Shown here piece after piece: positions 58,290 through 64,000 of a DNA stretch of 64,000 nt (within the stretch, counting starts at the first letter, position 1; each line of letters opens with the position of its first letter). Where the stretch lies: NCBI GenBank assembly GCA_051819805.1, contig JBNJHD010000002.1, positions 63,754 through 127,753 on the forward strand, given 5' to 3'. The position numbers were made by a program, and so were the translations under genes. The notes below the pieces were generated by a model. The model ran no database searches. It worked only from the letters and a program-made list of their open reading frames with translations, and had not been told where the DNA came from. Origin of the DNA: Nanobdellota archaeon (GTDB lineage Archaea > Nanobdellota > Nanobdellia > Woesearchaeales > SKGA01).

Positions 58290-58370
58290 ACTATCATATT
58301 AAACAAGAGTTCATTTATAAAAGTAGTGTTTTCACAGTTAAGGAGAAAATGTCTGATTATGCTTGAATTC

Positions 58371-59015
58371 TCACTTTCCACGATTCGATCGTCTGGATGT
58401 CTTGATAAGTTGCATGCCGATAATGCTTAGAACAATAAAAATTACTGCACATCCTAGACCAATGAGAAATTCAGGCGAAGTCAGAAGTGTCTGGAAAGAA
58501 AAAGCGCTTGTTGATGCAGGGGCAGATGCTGTCAAGGGAGCTTCAGCAGCTTCAAGCATACGAGGCGCAGCTGTATCATAAGATGCTGCTTTCAGCGTGC
58601 TTTTTTGCATTCCTTTGTAGATGAGACTGCCACCTGCAATTGCAGCGACTGTGAGAATGCCCGGAGCAAGTGATTGCAACTGCTTCTTGAGGCTTGTGGA
58701 CGCTGACTTCTTTCTCGGAAGGATGATGATGGCCTTGTCACGGAGAGCATAGTGAGTCACTTCCTTGCCTTTCTCACTGTAATGAAAGCTCGAATCGTCG
58801 ATGATTCCTGATTTCGTAAGTGCCTTCAGATGATAATGAGTGGTTGATAAAGCTATGTTCAGCTTCTTCGATAGATCGCTTGCGGTGGCGTTTTCAGTCA
58901 TCTCAAGATGGTCGATAATCTTTTTCGAAGTTGGCGAAGAAAGCGTTTTAGCGAGTTTTGAAGCATCCTCAAGCTCAAGCACTTCAAAATGCGATTCATT
59001 ATCCTGCTCAGTCAT
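58371..59015 (-). CDS. membrane-tethered ArsR-type winged-helix transcriptional regulator
   Basis: HTH region SPTSKKIIDHLEMTENATASDLSKKLNIALSTTHYHLKALTKSGII, followed by a C-terminal TM LIGLGCAVIFIVLSIIGMQLI. Confidence 0.5.
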   Translation of the reverse strand: MTEQDNESHFEVLELEDASKLAKTLSSPTSKKIIDHLEMTENATASDLSKKLNIALSTTHYHLKALTKSGIIDDSSFHYSEKGKEVTHYALRDKAIIILPRKKSASTSLKKQLQSLAPGILTVAAIAGGSLIYKGMQKSTLKAASYDTAAPRMLEAAEAPLTASAPASTSAFSFQTLLTSPEFLIGLGCAVIFIVLSIIGMQLIKTSRRSNRGK

Positions 59016-59107
59016 ATGACTGGTGGTTATCGTCAGGATTATTAAATCTTTGTCTTTTTATCATACAACAAAATATTTATAAATTATTCTATGAATAAAA
59101 TACACAT

Positions 59108-59860
59108 ATGTCAATTCCTTCTTATGTCGCTAAAAACATCATTATCAGTCTGGATTTTGATGGGGTTCTCGCTCATGGACTCAATGCTAAAAAGAAGTAT
59201 GCTAAAAAGTGGTTCGGCCTTTCTCTGTCGCTATCACAAACAAAAAAAGATGCCTTTGAAGACTTTGCCCGTAAAGAAGGATTAAATATCAATTATAGAA
59301 GTTTAATGGATCCCCTCAATGAAAAACATATTATGGAATATGAAGTTCCTGAGAACTGTATTCCAATACTGAAAAAGCTTCATTCTCAAGGATTTCGCTT
59401 TGTTATCATAACGTCAAGAAATGATCATGATTATCCTTATGCAAAGAAATTTGTAAAAAAAAGATTCGGGAAGTTGATACGGCATATACACAATACTAGA
59501 AACAAACCCAAGACTGAATTCATCAAGAAGCTGAAACCAAGAATACATATTGATGATGACCTGAAGAAATTACACCATATAAGTGGAGAATGTCTTGATC
59601 TCTGTTATTACAGACAACCAGAAAACTACCATGAAGATTTGATTGATGATGCTGGCCGGATAACTGAAATAAGATCATGGCGAGAGTTCTATGATTTTTG
59701 TCATCATCAGAAATTACTCTATGAAGCTATTTGTTGGAAATATAATCTGAAAAATAATGTGTTCAAAAATAATCTGATATTCAACCATCTCAAAAGAATT
59801 CCTGAAGCTTCACAAAAAAAACTCATTCAAGAATATGTGTTTTTTCAAAAAAAAGCGTAG
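59108..59860 (+). CDS. HAD-superfamily hydrolase, 5'(3')-deoxyribonucleotidase-like
   Basis: Motif I IISLDFDGVLA, motif II FVIITSRN and motif III K...PRIHIDDD. Confidence 0.55.
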   Translation: MSIPSYVAKNIIISLDFDGVLAHGLNAKKKYAKKWFGLSLSLSQTKKDAFEDFARKEGLNINYRSLMDPLNEKHIMEYEVPENCIPILKKLHSQGFRFVIITSRNDHDYPYAKKFVKKRFGKLIRHIHNTRNKPKTEFIKKLKPRIHIDDDLKKLHHISGECLDLCYYRQPENYHEDLIDDAGRITEIRSWREFYDFCHHQKLLYEAICWKYNLKNNVFKNNLIFNHLKRIPEASQKKLIQEYVFFQKKA

Positions 59861-60306
59861 GGTCGCGTAAGCCGCCTTCTGTCGAAGCCGAAGAACCGAC
59901 TTGAATTCAGTTCCGATACTTCGTGACCGGATTCTACTGAGCGTCAATAATTGACTTGCACCGGCAGGGGCGCGTTGTTTCATCCTTTCTTCCGGAGACG
60001 TCAGCGAGTTAGCTTACTACAGGTCACCCCGTAGCGTCGTACGCATCATCCCATTATCCGAAAGCGGTCTCGCACTCGGACATGTAGGATGTCCTGAAAA
60101 AATCCAACAGTACTATTTCATACCGATAAGATCATATTCGCGCGTGAAATGCAGTCAGCATCTCCTGTTTCTGTACGGTTGCCACTCCTCTTCGGAGTCT
60201 CGGCTTGACGATAGCACGTCTTATCCGAGCTGCCATAATGCCCAAAGGACATTGGTGGGCGGACTTTCCTAAAAGCATAAAGCTCTTGACCGATCCGCAA
60301 ACCCTA
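59860..60306 (-). ncRNA. rnpB: RNase P RNA (archaeal type), about 445 nt
   Basis: This is an ORF-poor island more GC-rich than its flanks. On the minus strand it reads ...AGGAAAGUCCGCCCACC... (P4 5' strand, CR-I) and ...CGACAGAAGGCGGCUUAC... (CR-V, P4 3' strand, GGCGG pairing with CCGCC). The 5' GGGUUUGCG... can pair with the 3' ...CGCGACCC (P1). A perfect TTTATAAA lies 26-33 nt upstream of the predicted 5' end. Confidence 0.7.
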
Positions 60307-60330
60307 CAATAAGTAAGAATTCAATATCAT

Positions 60331-60338
60331 TTATAAAC
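60331..60338 (-). promoter_or_regulatory. TATA box (TTTATAAA) for the RNase P RNA gene
   Basis: An archaeal TATA consensus centred about 28 nt upstream of the predicted RNA 5' end at 60306. Confidence 0.45.
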
Positions 60339-60371
60339 ATATTCTTTAGAATATTGCTGCTGCCTTTTTTC

Positions 60372-61409
60372 TTAATTATTATGTTCGGGAGCATACTTGT
60401 TGAAATAGATAATGATACCGACAATTATAGGTATAAGTATTATTGCAAGAAGGATTTTCAGAAGAGGATTATCAGAAGTTTCCTGATCACGTTTAGCAAG
60501 AACAATAGTATTACCTGTTACAGATTGATTACTCTCTACTTCATACGATGCGGATTCTTCAGTCTCGAGATCTTCCATGTGCCACATGATGACAGGATCC
60601 TCTTCAAGGATTTCAGGAACTACTTCAGGAAATACCAACAAGTCAGTATGATTCACGACGATTTTAGGGATGTTCTCGATAATCTGAACAGTTTCCATGA
60701 CATCTCCTTCATTTTTCGGTTCTACTGAGAAATAGATTGTAGTGATAGTCTCAGAAGTATTATCATCATACTTGATCGTCTGGGATTTTTGCACTTTTCG
60801 AATATCAAGAAGTTCTCTTGCTTCTTCCTGAAGAGTGTCAAATTCCAAAGGAGTATAGGAGTAACCTGCTTCTGAGAGAAGATTGCGGATTTTTTCTTTT
60901 TGAGCTTCGTCTTTGAGAATGTTAACCGGAACTGATTGTTCCTTAACATCTTGATCGACAATGTTTCTTGCAACAGTTTTCACAAGGATGTCCTTTTCAT
61001 ACGCCTTGTTGCCGTTGATGATAAGACTTAAAGTATATGTGGTGTCGTTTATCGGAGTAACATTCCATGATGTCAAGTAATACGAGTTGTTCTCGGCATT
61101 ATCTTCTGCGATAAACTCGGTCATGGGAATAGATGTGTCTTCTCCTTGGCGATAAAGATATAACTCGATACTATCGTTGAATGATGTATTGATGAATGCC
61201 ACTGTAGAAATCGTTGCTGTATGGCTTTCAGTTACTGAACTTGGTGATAGAGTGTAGAGTATGTGGCTCTTTTCACGTTGCACGATATCATCAACCATTC
61301 CTTTCTCAAGAATCTCGTCATAAGAAGGCGCAGCGCTCACACTGGCAATGAGAAGGAATAGTACGCCTATAAATATCATGATTATCCGCATATGAATATG
61401 ATTCAACAA
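60372..61409 (-). CDS. surface protein with an N-terminal Sec signal and a C-terminal TM anchor
   Basis: Signal IIMIFIGVLFLLIASVSAAPS and C-terminal LLKILLAIILIPIIVGIIIYF, with many N-x-S/T sequons. Confidence 0.45.
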   Translation of the reverse strand: MLNHIHMRIIMIFIGVLFLLIASVSAAPSYDEILEKGMVDDIVQREKSHILYTLSPSSVTESHTATISTVAFINTSFNDSIELYLYRQGEDTSIPMTEFIAEDNAENNSYYLTSWNVTPINDTTYTLSLIINGNKAYEKDILVKTVARNIVDQDVKEQSVPVNILKDEAQKEKIRNLLSEAGYSYTPLEFDTLQEEARELLDIRKVQKSQTIKYDDNTSETITTIYFSVEPKNEGDVMETVQIIENIPKIVVNHTDLLVFPEVVPEILEEDPVIMWHMEDLETEESASYEVESNQSVTGNTIVLAKRDQETSDNPLLKILLAIILIPIIVGIIIYFNKYAPEHNN

Positions 61410-61493
61410 TGTTGATTTATATATGTTTCGTGTGACTCAACGGATACGATACGAAAAAACGGCTGCTAAACATTTTTAAACAACCTTTATTTC

Positions 61494-62510
61494 GTGAGTA
61501 TCATGAGTAAGTCCTTACAGGAAGCTATCGGAGAAATCGCTGAGCAGTCTTCAGCGCAAGCGACGTGTTGTCATTTCACATCAAAATCCTATACACCGAT
61601 ACTTTTCAATAAACTGTGTTTCCTGACACCAAATCAAACAAGTAGTAAGATAACGACATATATCGATGGTGGACAGCAGGTCATCATCTCAAGCTCTTCC
61701 TTTCTCCTTGGAGTGATACGGGTGGCTGCAAGCTCGTGGAAAGGGACGCAACGAGCAGGAGTGAGCAGGGATGAATTTCTCATTCTCATACGACCACAAG
61801 AAAATCAATACGAAATGACTTTTTATACGCCGGAAGGAGAGAGCACAATCCCCTATGATAACTTCTTTTTCAACGGAGAGATCTCTATTCCTGTCACTGC
61901 ATACGATATTGAAGAAGCATTCGCTATGGCGAGGCGCAATTCAGAACTCTCGCTGGCAGTCAAACAATCAACAACCAGTGATGTCATTTGTCTGGATGGT
62001 TCGCTACGTACGTTTGATAAGAACGAACTGCAGTTGATAAAAGAGCTTCAAAAAATATGCAAGCAAAACAATACCTTGCTGTCAGGATTGCAAAAGACAA
62101 CCAGTCTGATGACTGATTCAGGAGCATCGCTTGTAACACTCACTAAAAATTCACCTCAAGCACCATGGATAACAAGTAAGCTCTGTGAGAATGACAACAA
62201 GTATCACCTAGCAAGTATTCACGCGATAAGATTGCATACGAAAGGCAGACATGTCTTCGTTATTGATATGATGAAGGATGAAGATTCGCAACAGGTTATC
62301 AATGAATTATCCGCAAACTCTATCGATCCTGTCTTTCTCGGTTATCCATATGGGTTGGTGGATGCGGACAAACTGGCGCGGCTTGAAAACTCGCAACGGG
62401 AACATTACCGGTTGCAAGTGAGAAAAATCGCCGGAAAACATAACGACATTCTCACGAGAGAATCATCGTCAAAAGATGCTCACGAAATCCTTGATAGGAT
62501 GCAATTCTAG
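61494..62510 (+). CDS. hypothetical protein, possibly a NurA-like nuclease domain (tentative)
   Basis: 338 aa with YIDGGQQVI and a later ICLDGSLRTF, reminiscent of NurA DGS motifs. No HerA partner is nearby. Confidence 0.25.
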   Translation: MSIMSKSLQEAIGEIAEQSSAQATCCHFTSKSYTPILFNKLCFLTPNQTSSKITTYIDGGQQVIISSSSFLLGVIRVAASSWKGTQRAGVSRDEFLILIRPQENQYEMTFYTPEGESTIPYDNFFFNGEISIPVTAYDIEEAFAMARRNSELSLAVKQSTTSDVICLDGSLRTFDKNELQLIKELQKICKQNNTLLSGLQKTTSLMTDSGASLVTLTKNSPQAPWITSKLCENDNKYHLASIHAIRLHTKGRHVFVIDMMKDEDSQQVINELSANSIDPVFLGYPYGLVDADKLARLENSQREHYRLQVRKIAGKHNDILTRESSSKDAHEILDRMQF

Positions 62511-62522
62511 AACAAAGAGTTC

Positions 62523-63005
62523 TTATTCTCTACTGATGTCAACAACATCTGCATCGTTGAGTATAACGAGTTTCCGTGGGTCTATAGTGATGGAATCCTC
62601 TAGCGTTCCCGCAGAGAACACTACTTTGTCGTTATCAAGAAGCAGACGATCTATATATACCTGAATCTCCCATAATTTACCGAACGGCGGAACACTGCCG
62701 ACAATACAACCCGTGAGATCAAACACGTTGTCAGGCGATGCAAGCGAGACATTCTTCTCACTCATGATCTGTTTTAAGGCCTTGAGATCAGCACGACGAT
62801 GAGCGGGAACGACCGCTTGGAATAATCGGCCGGATTTCGTCTTGAGAACGAGCGCTTTAGCGCCTTTATGAAGAGAGGTCCCCCTGATTTCAGAAGCTCC
62901 TTGAGAAGAACGAGGAATAGTCTCGTGATGAATGTGTCCATAATCGATATCATAAGCATCAAGCAATTCCTTGATACGAAGCAGGGTCTCTTCAGCCATG
63001 ATCAA
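62523..63005 (-). CDS. YbaK/ProX-family aminoacyl-tRNA deacylase
   Basis: GAKALVLKT...GCIVGSVPPFG motifs; 160 aa. Confidence 0.75.
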   Translation of the reverse strand: MIMAEETLLRIKELLDAYDIDYGHIHHETIPRSSQGASEIRGTSLHKGAKALVLKTKSGRLFQAVVPAHRRADLKALKQIMSEKNVSLASPDNVFDLTGCIVGSVPPFGKLWEIQVYIDRLLLDNDKVVFSAGTLEDSITIDPRKLVILNDADVVDISRE

Positions 63006-64000
63006 TCACTCTCTATCATGATATACGCAGATGATCTGATACGGACTGATCTGATTGAAGACAATCTCTTTAGAGAAGAGTTCAAAATTAGTGCTCTGTT
63101 GAGAGTATAATGTGCCGAACGGTTTGTTGATAGATACTGGTGATTCTCTCGAGCTATCGAAACCGACATCGTATTTGCCTTTGTAATCAACACCGACCCG
63201 ATACTTGAAATGCTCTCTATTAGACAGGTTGATGACACAATACCATGACCGCTTCGAGCCCTGAGTTTTATCCTCACGCCTGATGACAAGGATCTTATTC
63301 TGCTCGTCAACATTGATATATTCCCTGTACAGTGTATTCTCAGGCCAGAATGCGGGCTGACTGCTAATAAGCTCGTTAATAGCTTTCTTGTACAAAGTGG
63401 TCTTCTTACTATCAGGATACTCATGTAGCAAGTGCCAATGGATGCTGCTATCATGCTCGAAAGTACCTGTCTGCAATAAGAATGTCTGAGGAAGGTCGAG
63501 GATGCGTCCTTCACAACCGAAGGCGATGATCGCTTCCATGACTCTGATCTTACCCATGGCATGTGGTTTGACTTCAGGCCGTTTGAGGATGAGAGCGTCA
63601 TAGGCGTATGAGCCGGTAGCGCGCATTTCCATAAGACCTGCAGCAGCGTCGTGATTATGGAAGTCAGCAATCGTGCTGTTAGAGCGACCCCACTCCTTTT
63701 CTTCCTTGATACGCTCAAACGTCCAAGTGGAGATTTCCTCGATCGGTTTAGGCATGTATTCCTTGTGAAAATAATATGTGAGGCGAGAACTGTTATATGC
63801 TGTTGCGCCAAGTGCTCGATCATAGGAACTATGTGGAGCAACAAGCATTTTCGCATTATCGCCGTAGAAGTAATGGGATTCAAGATGGAACAATGTCAAG
63901 GGGTTGATATCATATGTCTCTTTGATTAGTTTGCGAAGGAACTGTCTACCATGAGGACGTTCATCACCCTGACCAGCATCACCGTAACGAAGGATGCCAT
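63006..64000 (-). CDS. calcineurin-like metallophosphoesterase (C-terminal about 330 aa; 5' end beyond the window)
   Basis: My own upstream extension of the frame reads ...ILRYGDAGQGDERPHGRQFL...IADFHNHDAAAG...HWHLLHEY, i.e. GDxxD / (G)NHD / H-x-H phosphoesterase motifs. The frame is open to position 64000; the ORF-track start is a TTG. The alternative frame 63002..63883 is judged spurious. Confidence 0.4.
   Translation of the reverse strand, partial: GILRYGDAGQGDERPHGRQFLRKLIKETYDINPLTLFHLESHYFYGDNAKMLVAPHSSYDRALGATAYNSSRLTYYFHKEYMPKPIEEISTWTFERIKEEKEWGRSNSTIADFHNHDAAAGLMEMRATGSYAYDALILKRPEVKPHAMGKIRVMEAIIAFGCEGRILDLPQTFLLQTGTFEHDSSIHWHLLHEYPDSKKTTLYKKAINELISSQPAFWPENTLYREYINVDEQNKILVIRREDKTQGSKRSWYCVINLSNREHFKYRVGVDYKGKYDVGFDSSRESPVSINKPFGTLYSQQSTNFELFSKEIVFNQISPYQIICVYHDRE

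Noticed and set aside
59091-59285. 64-aa ORF overlapping the HAD hydrolase start
   Set aside because: It is in a different frame, hydrophobic and low-complexity. The HAD frame with its DFDGVL motif explains the region.
60118-60300. 60-aa minus-strand ORF
   Set aside because: It lies entirely inside the region that carries conserved RNase P RNA P4/CR-I and CR-V elements, so it is more parsimonious as part of the ncRNA.
63002-63883. 293-aa minus-strand ORF overlapping 63006..63899 in another frame
   Set aside because: The overlapping frame carries metallophosphoesterase motifs and stays open to the window end. This frame is S/R/L-rich with no motifs.
1-64000. Bacterial (CPR) origin of the contig
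   Set aside because: TBP, MCM, Orc1/Cdc6, PolD DP1/DP2, RPA, TrmB, archaeal-type RNase P RNA and TATA-box promoters establish an archaeal host genome.

Overview
Low-GC (roughly 35-40% by eye) archaeal chromosomal window, probably from a DPANN-like, small-genome, symbiotic archaeon. The 5' third is a replication and information-processing island. Reading the minus strand from high to low coordinates it has an AT-rich oriC-like region, cdc6/orc1, the PolD small subunit DP1, and the N-terminal roughly 600 aa of PolD large subunit DP2, which runs off the window start and is missed by the ORF track. Next come TrmB-like and TraB-like genes, TBP, an intein-free MCM with an RPA32-like OB/winged-helix gene 8 nt downstream, a ThiS/SAMP-like GG protein plus TtuA/NcsA tRNA thiolase pair, an RsuA/RluB-type pseudouridine synthase and a probable RNase P protein Rpp30. 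The middle about 36 kb (17041..53555) is a single-strand mega-locus. It starts with four giant (1176-1681 aa) Cys-rich secreted or surface proteins plus a Memo-like gene. It continues with a tightly packed, translationally coupled run of about 16 genes, almost all beginning with an archaeal class III (prepilin-like) signal peptide. That run includes a 94-aa candidate major pilin and a 1549-aa protein carrying a GH23/SLT lytic-transglycosylase domain, two NlpC/P60-type peptidase domains and a further lysozyme-like region. This looks like an uncharacterised pilus-like surface apparatus armed with murein-type cell-wall hydrolases, a candidate host-attachment or host-wall-penetration system of an archaeal symbiont. 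No assembly ATPase, platform protein or prepilin peptidase lies in the window. The 3' part holds an RPA1-like SSB with a zinc ribbon, a DUF457 hydrolase, an ABC-2 exporter pair, a membrane-tethered HTH regulator, a HAD nucleotidase, an unannotated RNase P RNA (minus strand, with a TATA box at -26), a YbaK deacylase and a partial metallophosphoesterase. I found no CRISPR array, tRNA gene or obvious mobile element.
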